This document shows positions 36,998 to 46,360 of a DNA stretch of 46,360 nt, in pieces (the stretch's first letter is position 1; every line of letters begins with the position of its first letter). Origin of the DNA: Candidatus Kuenenia stuttgartensis. Its GTDB lineage: Bacteria; Planctomycetota; Planctomycetia; Pirellulales; UBA1268. The stretch is taken from NCBI GenBank assembly GCA_945860405.1, contig CAMARC010000001.1:1-46360 (forward strand), read 5' to 3'. The notes under the pieces are model-generated. The model was not told where the DNA came from, ran no database searches, and saw nothing but the letters and a program-made list of their open reading frames with translations. The position numbers and the translations under genes are program-made.

Positions 36998-37126
36998 GAA
37001 GTGGCGGCGACAGGGCCGAAAAGACCGGTGTGAAGACGCGATATTATGACAGTCACCCAGCTCCTATTCCATGGATCGGGGAAGCCCTCGATCCACCAGA
37101 CCATCGATCCTTCGTCCTCATCCACG

Positions 37127-37981
37127 ATGCCCCCCATCCCGCTCCTCCTCGCCGACTGCGACGCCTGGGAGCCGACGGCCTTCGTGGCCAGTCTCTCCGC
37201 CGACGAGCGGGCACGCGCCGATCGCTTCCGGCAGACCGTCGATCGCGATCGCTTCATCGTCCGCCGCGGGCTCCTGCGCCGGCTCCTTGGGGAGCGACTC
37301 GGGGTCGAAGCCTCGCGCGTGCCGCTCGCCCCCGGCCCGGCCGGCAAGCCGACGCTTGCTGCCGCCGAGATCCGCCGCGCGGGAGGAGCCACCGCCGATG
37401 GCGCGCCGTGCTTCAATCTCGCGCGGAGCGGTGGCCTCGCGTTCTATGCATTCCTCTCCCCGGAGGACGCGCGGGCCGTCACCGGCCCCGCCGCCCCCGA
37501 TGGCCTAGCACTCGGCGTCGATCTCGAACGGATCGACACCGACAGGCGCTCGCTTGCCGACCTTCGACGAATCGCCGAGCACTTCGCGCCGGAGGAGACG
37601 AGTTTCTTGCAGTCGCTCCCCGATGCAAGAGCGGCAGAAGTCTTCTACCGGCTCTGGACCTGCAAGGAGGCCTGCCTCAAGTGCCTCGGCACGGGGATCG
37701 GTGGAGGTGGGCCGACACTCGCCGACATCGTCATCGCCCTCAATCCTGACGGCACGGCCAGCGGCGCCGCCAGGACCGCCTCGGGGCAGTCCTGGCGGGT
37801 CGCTTGTTTCGCGCCGTGCGCCGGCTATACCGCAGCGGTCGCGGTGCCGTTCGCGGAGGCGACGAGTGGAGGAAATCTCCCCCTCGAAGTCGCCGTGCAG
37901 CGTGTCGAGCCCGAGGCGGCGGAGCGAGCGGTCAGCCGCGTGGCCGCACCGCCCCCTGAACGCGCCCCGGGAGCCCCATGA
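37127..37981 (+). CDS. Sfp-type 4'-phosphopantetheinyl transferase
   Basis: Motifs ALGVDLERID and FYRLWTCKEACLKCLGTG (W/F-x-x-KE-A-x-x-K), plus the N-terminal ERARADRF..R..FIVRRGLLRRLL pattern. It is divergent from the NRPS. The start may be ATG 37127 (preferred, giving 284 aa) or ATG 37046 as in the track. Confidence 0.8.
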   Translation: MPPIPLLLADCDAWEPTAFVASLSADERARADRFRQTVDRDRFIVRRGLLRRLLGERLGVEASRVPLAPGPAGKPTLAAAEIRRAGGATADGAPCFNLARSGGLAFYAFLSPEDARAVTGPAAPDGLALGVDLERIDTDRRSLADLRRIAEHFAPEETSFLQSLPDARAAEVFYRLWTCKEACLKCLGTGIGGGGPTLADIVIALNPDGTASGAARTASGQSWRVACFAPCAGYTAAVAVPFAEATSGGNLPLEVAVQRVEPEAAERAVSRVAAPPPERAPGAP

Positions 37982-39155
37982 TCCGCAGGAAGCCCTCGGC
38001 ATCGGTCTGGTCGTAGGAACCGCCCCCCTCCATCGACGCGATCGCCGCATCGTAGAGGCTGTTGGGGCTCGTCCGGCTCTTCACGAGCATGTTCCCCTTG
38101 TAGAGGTTGAGCTCGACGGTGCCGGTGACCGGCTTTTGGGCCTCACGGATGAAGGCCGAGAGGGCGTCCATCTTCGCGCAGTACCAGAAGCCGTAATAGA
38201 CCATCTCCGCTACCTCAGGCGCGATCCGGTCGCGGAGGTGGACGAGGTCACGGTCGAGGGTGAGCTGCTCGACAAGCCGGTGGGCCTCGTAGAGGAGCGT
38301 CATGCCCGGCGCCTCGTAGACGCCGCGGCTTTTCATGCCGACGAACCGGTTCTCGACGATGTCAGACCGGCCGACGCCGTTGCGGCCGCCTATTGTATTG
38401 AGCTCGAGGACGATCTCGTGGGGAGCAAGCGCCTTGCCGTTGACCTTCGTCGGCACCCCCGACTCGAAGTCGATCCGCACCGTCTCCGGCTTCTCCGGGG
38501 CCTGTTGCGGCGAGACCGTCATCCCGAACTCGACCAACTCGAAGCCGTCGGTTGTCATCTCCTCGAGGAGGCCGGCTTCGTAGCTGGTGTGGAGGCAGTT
38601 CTCATCAGAGCTATAGGGCTTCCCCTTCGAGGCCTTTACGGGGATGTTGCGCTCGTCGCAGAAATCGATGAGCTCGGTGCGGCCGGGGAAGCGCTCGCGA
38701 AACTCACGGATCCGCCACGGGGCGAGGACGGCGATCTTCGGATCGAGCGCCTCGGCGGCGAGTTGGAAGCGGCACTGGTCGTTCCCCTTGCCGGTGGCGC
38801 CGTGGGCGAACACCGAGGCCCCCTCGCGGTGGGCGATGTCGACGATCACCTTCGAGATCAGTGGCCGGGCGATCGACGTACCGAGGAGGTAGGTTCCCTC
38901 GTAGCGGGCCTGCCACTGAAGGACCGGGAAGGCGAAGTCGCGGCAGAGTTCCTCGCGGACATCGACGATCTCGGCGTGGATGGCGCCGCAGGTGCGGGCT
39001 TTCTCGAGCGTCGCCGCCCGGTCCTCGCAGGGCTGGCCGAGGTCGACGTAGACGGCGATCACGTCATAGCCGCGCTCGATGAGCCAGCCGAGGATCACGG
39101 AGGTGTCGAGCCCCCCCGAATACGCCAGCACACACTTGGTCCGCTTTCCGCTCAC
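37932..39155 (-). CDS. argG: argininosuccinate synthase
   Basis: AYSGGLDTSV ATP-pyrophosphatase motif, GATGKGNDQCRF, and 407 aa of family-typical sequence. GTG start. Confidence 0.95.
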   Translation of the reverse strand: MSGKRTKCVLAYSGGLDTSVILGWLIERGYDVIAVYVDLGQPCEDRAATLEKARTCGAIHAEIVDVREELCRDFAFPVLQWQARYEGTYLLGTSIARPLISKVIVDIAHREGASVFAHGATGKGNDQCRFQLAAEALDPKIAVLAPWRIREFRERFPGRTELIDFCDERNIPVKASKGKPYSSDENCLHTSYEAGLLEEMTTDGFELVEFGMTVSPQQAPEKPETVRIDFESGVPTKVNGKALAPHEIVLELNTIGGRNGVGRSDIVENRFVGMKSRGVYEAPGMTLLYEAHRLVEQLTLDRDLVHLRDRIAPEVAEMVYYGFWYCAKMDALSAFIREAQKPVTGTVELNLYKGNMLVKSRTSPNSLYDAAIASMEGGGSYDQTDAEGFLRIMGLPGRVQGAVRPRG

Positions 39156-39253
39156 GAAGATCCCTCGCTCGATGGTGGTTCGATTCGCCGCCGCCCGGTT
39201 TCCGGTCGTTCCGAGATCGGCATTTCTCCCCCCGGCCGTGAGCCGGAGAGGCG

Positions 39254-40807
39254 TCAGACTTCCTTGACGAGGGCCATATTATGGCCTCCCGTCCCGAAGC
39301 CGACACCCGCCACGAAGACGATTCTGTCTCCTTTGGTGAGCCGTCCGCCGGCCAGGCCCCAGGCGGTGACATGGGCAAAGAGGGCATCGACATCGGTCGA
39401 GACCGTGCCTGCCAGAGGCGTCACTCCCCAGTAGAGGGCCATCTGCCGGAGGGTGGTGACGTTGTCGCTGACCCCGACGGTCGGCACCGCCCCGCGGCGC
39501 TTCGAGCGGGCGATCGCCGTCACGCCCGTCCGGCTGGCGACGACGATGAGGCGGGCGCCGATGTCGGCAGCAATCCGGCCGGCGCCGTCGACGACCGCCT
39601 GGGTGATCGGGTGGAGCCCCTCCGGGGTGACCTCCGGCGTCACCGCATCGACGGCGGCCGCCAACCACGGGGCCCGCTGCCGTTCCTCGAGCGACAGCCA
39701 GCGGTCGGCGAGGTACTGCGACTCGGTCGCCCGGGCGATCCGCCGCATCATTTCGACGACGAGGCGCGGGTGATCGCCGATCGCGGTCTCGCCGGAGAGC
39801 ATGCAGGCGTCGGCGCCGTCGAGGATCGCGTTGGCGACGTCGGTCGCCTCGGCCCGCGTCGGCCGTCGCGAATGTTGCATGCTGTCGAGCATCTGGGTGG
39901 CGACGATCACCGGCTTTTGATATCGCTGGCAGACGCGAATGATCCGCTTTTGCACCATCGGCATCGTGGCGACGTCGATCTCCACGCCGAGATCGCCGCG
40001 GGCGACCATGACGACGTCGGCCGCCTCGACGATTGCTTCCATGGCGTCGACCGCCTCGCGCTTCTCGATCTTGGCGACGACGCGGGCCAACGAGCCGCGC
40101 GTCCGCAGGAGCTCCTTGAGGAGGCGAACCTCGACGGGCGAGCGGACGAACGACAGGCTGACGAAGTCGGCCCCGGCGCCGGCGGCCCACTCGGCATGCT
40201 CCCAGTCGGCGGAGGTCATGGCGGCGACGGAGAGCTTCACGCCGGGAAGATTGACCCCCTGACGACTGCGGACCGTGCCCCCCTGAACGACGCGGCAGAC
40301 GACGCTGTCGGGGCGCCGCTCCTCGACGACCAGCGCCACCGTGCCATCGGCGAGCATCACCGGATCCCCGGGCCCGAGCTCGTCGACGAGCGGCGCGTAG
40401 GTGGTCGTGAAGGTGTCGGTGGTCGATTCCGCGTTGCCGCGGACGAATCGCACCCGTCCCCCCTCGACACACTCCACCCCGCCCCCGGGGAGCTCCCCGA
40501 GGCGGATCTTCGGACCGGCAAGGTCGACAAGCACCCCCACGGGGCGGACCAACTCGTCAGACATCCGCCGGACGCGGTCGAGGGTCGCCTGGTGTTCCGC
40601 CACCGAACCGTGGGCCATGTTGAGGCGGAAGACATCGACGCCAGCTTGGATGAGCCCGCCGATCGCCTGCTCCGACGAGGAGGCCGGGCCGAGCGTCGCG
40701 ACAATCTTCGTGCGGACGAGCTCCGGGTCAGCACCGTGCCGGCGCGCCGAGCCGGCCTCGGCCGAAGCGCGGGAATCCCTGGCTGGATCGGTCGAGGAGG
40801 TGGACAT
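39254..40807 (-). CDS. pyk: pyruvate kinase
   Basis: KIVATLGPAS, FRLNMAHGS, MVARGDLGVEI and VATQMLDSM, with a C-terminal regulatory domain. Confidence 0.93.
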   Translation of the reverse strand: MSTSSTDPARDSRASAEAGSARRHGADPELVRTKIVATLGPASSSEQAIGGLIQAGVDVFRLNMAHGSVAEHQATLDRVRRMSDELVRPVGVLVDLAGPKIRLGELPGGGVECVEGGRVRFVRGNAESTTDTFTTTYAPLVDELGPGDPVMLADGTVALVVEERRPDSVVCRVVQGGTVRSRQGVNLPGVKLSVAAMTSADWEHAEWAAGAGADFVSLSFVRSPVEVRLLKELLRTRGSLARVVAKIEKREAVDAMEAIVEAADVVMVARGDLGVEIDVATMPMVQKRIIRVCQRYQKPVIVATQMLDSMQHSRRPTRAEATDVANAILDGADACMLSGETAIGDHPRLVVEMMRRIARATESQYLADRWLSLEERQRAPWLAAAVDAVTPEVTPEGLHPITQAVVDGAGRIAADIGARLIVVASRTGVTAIARSKRRGAVPTVGVSDNVTTLRQMALYWGVTPLAGTVSTDVDALFAHVTAWGLAGGRLTKGDRIVFVAGVGFGTGGHNMALVKEV

Positions 40808-40944
40808 GGAGCCCTCCGAAGGTGGGATAGGGAAGGGCAGGGGCGGCTGGGTGAGCGCGAAACAGCCTACCGCGGGAGCCAGCGGGCGCGAATCAGGGAC
40901 GCATCCGCCGCCCCGCCATTCGCCGCGCCGCTACACTCCGCTCC

Positions 40945-41823
40945 ATGAACGCCTCATCCAACAGGCCCCGCACATCTTCCTGGCAAGGCCGGCGTGTGAT
41001 CGTCGCCGGGGGCACCAGTGGCTTCGGGCTCGTCCTCGCTCGCCACCTCCTCGAGGCCGGTGCGAGCGTGCTGCTCGTGGGCCGGTCGGCCGATGGTGTT
41101 CGTCGGGCCCTCGAGCGGCTCCCCGAGCCACTGACCGGATCGAAGAGCCTCGGCACCGCCGCCGATCTGGCCCGCCCCGGGGAAGGGGGGCGCGTCGTCG
41201 GGGAGGCCCTCGACCGGCTCGGGGGCGTCGATGACCTGTTCTTTTCCGTCGGCCGATCGGGGAGGGCCCGGATCCTCGACACGTCGGCCGAGCAACTCGC
41301 CGGCTTCCTCGACGCCAATCTCCGCACCGCCGTGGAGATCACCACGGCCGCCGCCGAAGACGTTGCCCGCGCCCAGGGCCACATGGTCTACATCGGAAGT
41401 CTCGCCGGAAAGCTCGTCACGCCGCTGATGGGGCCGTATGCGGTGGCGAAGTCGGCTCTCGCCGCCTACGTCGACGCGGTCCGCCTCGAGATGGCCCCCC
41501 AGGGGACGCACGTGCTCCTGGTATCCCCTGGGCCGATCCGCCGCGAGGACGCGGATGACGACGCCACGTTCGACCGCTACGCCGACGAGGTGGCGGCCGC
41601 CGGCCTGCCGCCCGAGGCGAACCGCCCCGGCGGCGGCGCCCCCTTGAAGCGGCTCGATCCCGACCGCTTGGCGGAGCAGGTTCTCGAGGCCTGCCGGCGG
41701 CGAACGAGCGAGCTGGTCGTCCCCAGAAAAGCGGCCTGGCTCGCCGGGCTCGTGGAGTGGTTCCCCGACTGGGGGAGACGACTGCTCTCGCGCTTCACTC
41801 CCGCGCCGTCGAAGGCCCCGTAA
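40945..41823 (+). CDS. short-chain dehydrogenase/reductase (SDR) family oxidoreductase
   Basis: Gly-rich cofactor motif VAGGTSGFGLVLA and catalytic Ser...YAVAKSAL (YxxxK). The substrate is unknown. Confidence 0.8.
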   Translation: MNASSNRPRTSSWQGRRVIVAGGTSGFGLVLARHLLEAGASVLLVGRSADGVRRALERLPEPLTGSKSLGTAADLARPGEGGRVVGEALDRLGGVDDLFFSVGRSGRARILDTSAEQLAGFLDANLRTAVEITTAAAEDVARAQGHMVYIGSLAGKLVTPLMGPYAVAKSALAAYVDAVRLEMAPQGTHVLLVSPGPIRREDADDDATFDRYADEVAAAGLPPEANRPGGGAPLKRLDPDRLAEQVLEACRRRTSELVVPRKAAWLAGLVEWFPDWGRRLLSRFTPAPSKAP

Positions 41824-41974
41824 AGCCTGTGGCGGTAGGATTGGCCGCGGGCTGGGGCTGACACATGTTTCGGCCTGACGCTACCATCGTCCCGCAGGAC
41901 GGCGCCCGGCGGAGCGGGTCTGTACACTTTCGCGTGCCCAACAGCGGCTCGCGGCATCGGAGGAGATTCGATTC

Positions 41975-43294
41975 ATGGCGGCGAAAGAGGCATTCCCCGG
42001 CATCGGCCCGATCCGTTACGAGGGCCCGGGCACGAAGAACATGCTCGCCTTCCGGCACTACGACGCCAACGTGATCGTCGAAGGCCAGCCGATGCGCGAC
42101 CACTTCCGATTCGCCGTCTCCTACTGGCACACCTTCCGCGGCACAGGCAGCGATCCATTCGGGGCCGCGACGATGATCCGCCCGTGGGAAATCGGTGGCG
42201 ACTCCCTCGCCGCCGCGGTCGCCCGCGTCGATGTCGCTTTCGAGTTCATGGAGAAACTCGGGGTCGGCTTCTACTGCTTCCACGACCGTGACGTCGCCCC
42301 GGAGGGGAAGACCCTCGCCGAGAGTCACACCAACCTCGACACCGTTGCCGCAGCCCTCCGCACCCACCAGGAGCGGACCGGCATCAAGCTCCTCTGGGGC
42401 ACCGCCAATCTCTTCTCCCACCCCCGCTACGTCCACGGCGCGGCCACGAGCTGCAACGCCGAGGTCTTCGCCTACGCAGCGGCCCAGGTGAAGAAGGCCC
42501 TCGAGACGACTCATGCCCTCGGCGGGGCCGGGTACACGTTCTGGGGTGGCCGGGAAGGCTATCAGTGCCTGTGGAACACCGACATGAAGCGCGAGATCGA
42601 CCACCTCGCCAAGTTCATGCACATGGCCGTCGACCATGCCAAGAAGATCGGCTTCACGGGCCAGTTCTACTTCGAACCGAAGCCGCGTGAACCTACCAAG
42701 CACCAATACGACTACGACTGCGCCACCTGCATCAACTTCCTCCAGACCTACGGCCTGGAGAAGTATGTGAAGATGAACATCGAGACCAACCACGCCACGC
42801 TCGCCGGCCACGAGATGCAGCACGAGCTCGAAGTCGCCGGCATGCAGGGCTACCTCGGCTCGATCGACGCCAATACCGGTGACACCCTCGTCGGCTGGGA
42901 TACCGACCAATTCCCCACCGACATCTACCTGACGACGAGGATCATGCTCACGATCCTCAAGTACGGCGGCCTGAACCCCGGCGGCGTCAATTTCGACGCC
43001 AAGGTGCGGCGGGAGAGCTTTGAGCCCATCGACCTCTTCCACGCCCACATCGGCGGCATGGATGCCTTTGCCAGGGGGCTGAAGATCGCCGCGGCGATGC
43101 GGGCCGATGGAGCCCTGCAGAAGCTCATCGACGAGCGCTACGCGAGCTGGTCGGGCCTGCTGGGGCGGCGGATCGATGCCGGGAGCGAGAGCTTCGAATC
43201 GCTTGAAAAGGAGATGCTCGCCAAGGGGGATTCGGCCCCGTGCGGCAGCGGCCGGCAGGAGCTCTTCGAGAACCTCGTCAACACCTACATTTGA
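41975..43294 (+). CDS. xylA: xylose isomerase
   Basis: [32 protein letters not shown] and [27 protein letters not shown] (41959-41965) precedes the ATG. Confidence 0.95.
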   Translation: MAAKEAFPGIGPIRYEGPGTKNMLAFRHYDANVIVEGQPMRDHFRFAVSYWHTFRGTGSDPFGAATMIRPWEIGGDSLAAAVARVDVAFEFMEKLGVGFYCFHDRDVAPEGKTLAESHTNLDTVAAALRTHQERTGIKLLWGTANLFSHPRYVHGAATSCNAEVFAYAAAQVKKALETTHALGGAGYTFWGGREGYQCLWNTDMKREIDHLAKFMHMAVDHAKKIGFTGQFYFEPKPREPTKHQYDYDCATCINFLQTYGLEKYVKMNIETNHATLAGHEMQHELEVAGMQGYLGSIDANTGDTLVGWDTDQFPTDIYLTTRIMLTILKYGGLNPGGVNFDAKVRRESFEPIDLFHAHIGGMDAFARGLKIAAAMRADGALQKLIDERYASWSGLLGRRIDAGSESFESLEKEMLAKGDSAPCGSGRQELFENLVNTYI

Positions 43295-43341
43295 TCGCCT
43301 CCGAGAGAACCCCGTTGTCCGTCCCCGCGAGCCATTCCCGC

Positions 43342-43944
43342 ATGCAGGCAAAGATCAACGAACATTCCTGCATTCGATCCGTTTCTCCGTCCAACGGCCC
43401 GCCGCTCCCCAGGCGGACGCTGCTGACGGCGGCGTTGGCCGCGGGTCTGGCAACCGTGATCGGCACCGGCGGTTGCGCCGCCCCACGCCGGACCGCGGCG
43501 AAGAAACTCCTCGAATCGATCGCAAAGGCGAACCGCCGGCATTTGATCGCCTTCAAGCAGTTCGAGGACATCGTCGCCGCCCGCCTCGACGAGGGGGACA
43601 CGGCCGCGAATGACGACGTCGTGGCCTCGCTTGAAAAGCTCAAAGCATCGATCGCCACGCAGCTCGAAGAATCCGTGGCTTGGGAAGTGCCCGACACGAC
43701 CGAAGCGACGTCCCTCGTCTCCACCTACCGGCGGGTTGCCACGGCACGACAGAAGCTGATGGTGGATTTCGAGACGCCGTTCCTGGAGACGATCCGCAAT
43801 CCGATCCTTCCTCCGGCCGAGCGGACCAAGAAGGCGGGCCAGCTCTTTCAGTCGATGAGCATCGCCGAAAACTCGCTCCTCATGGATCTCCGCCGCGCCC
43901 AACGCACCTTCGCCGGGGCGATGGGGGTCTTCTCCTACGAATGA
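43342..43944 (+). CDS. hypothetical lipoprotein
   Basis: The internal ATG at 43342 avoids overlap with xylA. The N-terminus PRRTLLTAALAAGLATVIGTGGC looks like a signal peptide with a lipobox Cys. The rest is helical with no family call. Confidence 0.5.
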   Translation: MQAKINEHSCIRSVSPSNGPPLPRRTLLTAALAAGLATVIGTGGCAAPRRTAAKKLLESIAKANRRHLIAFKQFEDIVAARLDEGDTAANDDVVASLEKLKASIATQLEESVAWEVPDTTEATSLVSTYRRVATARQKLMVDFETPFLETIRNPILPPAERTKKAGQLFQSMSIAENSLLMDLRRAQRTFAGAMGVFSYE

Positions 43945-43956
43945 CGTGCCGTTTCG

Positions 43957-43988
43957 CTGGCGGCGGCGATGAACAGCGCCGCCGCCGG
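43957..43988. terminator. GC-rich hairpin between convergent genes (candidate terminator)
   Basis: CTGGCGGCGGCG (43957-43968) pairs with CGCCGCCGCCGG (43977-43988): 12 bp including one G-U, with an 8-nt loop. It lies between the stops at 43944 (+) and 43994 (-). There is no clear U-tract. Confidence 0.4.
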
Positions 43989-43993
43989 ACGCT

Positions 43994-46360
43994 TTAGCGA
44001 CCGGGGGCCGAGGTCACTGCCACCTCGAGCGCCTTGCGAACGCGTTCGAGGCGTTCGACATCGACGATCTTTCCTCCCGTCTGATCGGTGACATGGAATC
44101 CGTCGACCACCTGATCGAGGTAGGTGCCGACCTTTGCCGATCGGACCGACAGCCCGGCGTCAAACAGCGTGGAGGCGATCCGGTAGAGGAGGCCAGGGGC
44201 ATCGGTGGCGAACACCTCGACGATCGTCGAGGTATCCGAACTGGCGTTGTCGATCGCCACCCGGACAGGATGGCCTCCGGCTGGACTGGGGCGCGGAGCG
44301 AGGGGATTGAGGCGGGGAGTGAACGTCGGGGCCCGGTCGGCCTTGATCCCCGCGCGGATCGCCGTGGCGATGTCGGCAAACCGATCAGGGGGCGGAGCGC
44401 CGGTGAAATCGGGATCGAGCACGGTGAAGTGATCGATCACGATCCCGTCGTCGAGGGTGTGGATGCCGGCGGCGAGGATCTCGAGGCGCTGGCTCGTCAG
44501 GGCCCCGGTCACCCGATGGAAAACGCCCGGCGCCACGCTCTCCCTGGTGCCCACCGTGACCGCTACCGTCGAGGTGTCAGGCTGCCACCGGGTGGCGACG
44601 AAGATGCCGTCGGCGGGGAGCCGGGCTAGTTGCACCAACTCCTCGAGAATCTGTTGGGGGGGAAGGTCGCGGAGCGTCGCCGACGGCAATTGCCGACCGA
44701 TCCGCACGACCGGGTCGTCAGGCTCCCATTCCTCGAGGAGCGTTTCGAGCCCGCGCCGGTGATAGTCGGCCGAGAGCGACGGGCCCTCGCCGTCGAGGAC
44801 GCGGAGGGTCCGGGCGTGGAGATCGGCGAGGAGATCTGATTTCCACTCCGTCCACACCCCCGGCCCGACCGCCGTGACGTCGGCGGCGGTGAGGAGCGTG
44901 AGCATCGCGAGCACTTCGGGCGACCCCACCTCGCAGGCGAAGCGAACGACGAGCGCCGGGTCGCTGGAGTCGCGCCGGAAGGCGAGATGGGCCATGACGA
45001 GATGACGATGGACGAGGAAGGAGAGGATCTCCCCCTCGTCGGTGGAAAGACCGAGGCGGACTGCCACGCGCTCGGCGATCCTCCGGCCAACATCGCTGTG
45101 GTCCTCCTCGTACCCCTTCCCGAGATCGTGGATGAGCAGCGCGAGCAGGAGCAGACGCCTCCGCCCCAGATGCCGCCACAGGTTCGCCATCCATCCCTTC
45201 GCGGCGCCGTGGGCGACCGCTGCCTCGACCGCACGGATCGAATGCTCGTCGACGGTGTATTTGTGATAGTTGTTGAATTGGACGAGATCGCGGGCGTGGG
45301 CGAACTCGGGGATGATCCGTTCCAGCAGCCCGATGTCGTGGAGCCGACGGAGGGAGGCGCCGAGCCGCTCGGGCCGGTCGAACAGTGCCAGAAACCCCGC
45401 ACAAACATCGGCGGGGAGCGCCGCTGCGACCGTCCCCCCGGCATCGGCCGACGCCCCGACTGCACCCCGGATCGCATCCCAGGTGTCGCTGTCGATCGGC
45501 CAGCCGTACGCCTGCGAGAGTTCGACGAGACGGAGGATCGCCGCCAGGCTCGCGGCCACCTCGGCGCGCCGGGCCGGCAGGACGGCGACCGTCGTCGGCC
45601 CGACGAGGTAACGATCGTCGACGCGGTGAGAGAGGATTCCGCTCACCCAGGAAACCCGCCGCGGCCGTCGGACCGCCCGGTTGTTGACGTTTTCCACGAT
45701 CCGGACCACGTCGCGGGTATGTCGGAAATACTCCCGCATGAACACCTCGACCGGGAGGAGGCCCGGGGGGGAAGGCAGGCCCCGAGCCTCCGCCAGACGC
45801 TGCTGCTCCGGACGCGTGAGATCGTCCGCTGCCCGGCCGGCGGCGAGATGGAGATCGATGCGGATGCCGGTGAGGTAGTCGAGCGCGGCATCGAGCGCCG
45901 CGACGTCGCGGGGGGCAAGCATGCCGGCCGCGACCAGCGCCGCGTCGTCGGTGGTGCCGTGGGTGACATACCCGAGCCAGTGGACGAGGTGGAGATCGCG
46001 CAAGCCCCCCGGCGATCGCTTCACGTTCGGCTCGAGCAACGCCGCCGACTCTCCGTACCGGGCGGCCTCTTTCCCCCGTGCCTCACAGAGCTTGGCGGCC
46101 ATCCGCTCAGGCGCCCGACGGGCAAGCGCAGCCAGATCGCGGGAGAGCTTGTCGAACGGCTCCCCGGCGCCGGAGGGCCCATCCAGGAGGCGGGCTTCGA
46201 TAAGCGTGCTAAACACCGTGGCGTCGGTCCGGGCCAAGCGGGTCGCCTCCGACACCGTTCGCACGCTCTGCCCCACCTCCAGCCCGATGTCAAAGAGATC
46301 CTGGAGAAGGCGACGCGCCGCGGCCGCGACGACCGAGTCGGCCGAGGGGGGATGGAGGAG
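43994..46360 (-). CDS. glnD: [protein-PII] uridylyltransferase/uridylyl-removing enzyme GlnD, 5'-partial (N-terminus beyond window end)
   Basis: The frame stays open from the track's GTG at 46276 to the window edge (…LFDIGLEVGQSVRT, matching the conserved GlnD LWD.GL.VGHSVRT region). HD domain LLALLIHDLGKG. Two C-terminal ACT domains (…TIVEVFATDAPGLLYRIASTLFDAGLSVRSAKVGT…). Confidence 0.85.
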   Translation of the reverse strand, partial: LLHPPSADSVVAAAARRLLQDLFDIGLEVGQSVRTVSEATRLARTDATVFSTLIEARLLDGPSGAGEPFDKLSRDLAALARRAPERMAAKLCEARGKEAARYGESAALLEPNVKRSPGGLRDLHLVHWLGYVTHGTTDDAALVAAGMLAPRDVAALDAALDYLTGIRIDLHLAAGRAADDLTRPEQQRLAEARGLPSPPGLLPVEVFMREYFRHTRDVVRIVENVNNRAVRRPRRVSWVSGILSHRVDDRYLVGPTTVAVLPARRAEVAASLAAILRLVELSQAYGWPIDSDTWDAIRGAVGASADAGGTVAAALPADVCAGFLALFDRPERLGASLRRLHDIGLLERIIPEFAHARDLVQFNNYHKYTVDEHSIRAVEAAVAHGAAKGWMANLWRHLGRRRLLLLALLIHDLGKGYEEDHSDVGRRIAERVAVRLGLSTDEGEILSFLVHRHLVMAHLAFRRDSSDPALVVRFACEVGSPEVLAMLTLLTAADVTAVGPGVWTEWKSDLLADLHARTLRVLDGEGPSLSADYHRRGLETLLEEWEPDDPVVRIGRQLPSATLRDLPPQQILEELVQLARLPADGIFVATRWQPDTSTVAVTVGTRESVAPGVFHRVTGALTSQRLEILAAGIHTLDDGIVIDHFTVLDPDFTGAPPPDRFADIATAIRAGIKADRAPTFTPRLNPLAPRPSPAGGHPVRVAIDNASSDTSTIVEVFATDAPGLLYRIASTLFDAGLSVRSAKVGTYLDQVVDGFHVTDQTGGKIVDVERLERVRKALEVAVTSAPGR

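Noticed and set aside
36991-37047. Perfect TTGACA (36991-36996, overlapping the NRPS ATG) and TATTAT (37042-37047) as a PPTase promoter
   Set aside because: The two hexamers are 45 nt apart. No acceptable -10 lies 16-19 nt after TTGACA, and no -35 lies before TATTAT. TATTAT also overlaps the alternative PPTase ATG at 37046.
37554-40948. 626-aa and 555-aa plus-strand ORFs (37554..39434, 39281..40948) antisense to argG and pyk
   Set aside because: The minus-strand genes are textbook argG and pyk. The antisense translations are Arg/Pro/Gly/Asp-rich with no recognisable domain, and stop codons are rare in any frame of this composition.
41795-43351. 518-aa minus-strand ORF antisense to xylA
   Set aside because: xylA on the plus strand is unambiguous. 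This is the same shadow-ORF artefact.

Overview
Very GC-rich bacterial chromosomal segment. The gene content suggests Planctomycetota: two PSCyt1 'planctomycete cytochrome c' domains, a TPR protein carrying RpoA alpha-CTD-like repeats, and a Rho_N/DUF4912 protein. This taxonomic call is an inference. Most of the window is housekeeping: ccsA (5'-partial), a PQQ-type dehydrogenase fused to a cytochrome c domain, comEC, prmC-prfA-rpmE, kdsA, tRNA-Thr(CGU), argG, pyk, an SDR, xylA and glnD (5'-partial at the window end). The stand-out accessory element is a 12.2-kb single-ORF non-ribosomal peptide synthetase on the minus strand (24752-36997). Its architecture is A-T-C-A-T-C-A-T-C-A-T-TE. An Sfp-type phosphopantetheinyl transferase is transcribed divergently from it. 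A polytopic membrane protein of unrecognised family overlaps its stop codon by 4 nt (ATGA), and a secreted 678-aa protein follows, ending at a strong hairpin. I see no tailoring enzyme, no MbtH-like gene and no transporter of a known family, so this looks like a minimal orphan tetrapeptide locus. Other points worth a second look: a tRNA-Thr / TPR-2x-alpha-CTD / Rho_N-DUF4912 gene string; a 12-nt tandem repeat array (CCUCC / GGAGG content) in a 404-nt convergent intergenic region; a three-way-junction RNA-like element with a U-tract in a 780-nt gene-free region; in-frame 18-bp tandem duplications in the NRPS and in its coupled membrane gene; and a near-identical 95-nt tract shared by two condensation domains. 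Many long antisense ORFs in the track are GC-composition artefacts. All calls come from reading motifs by eye. No database search or folding computation was run.
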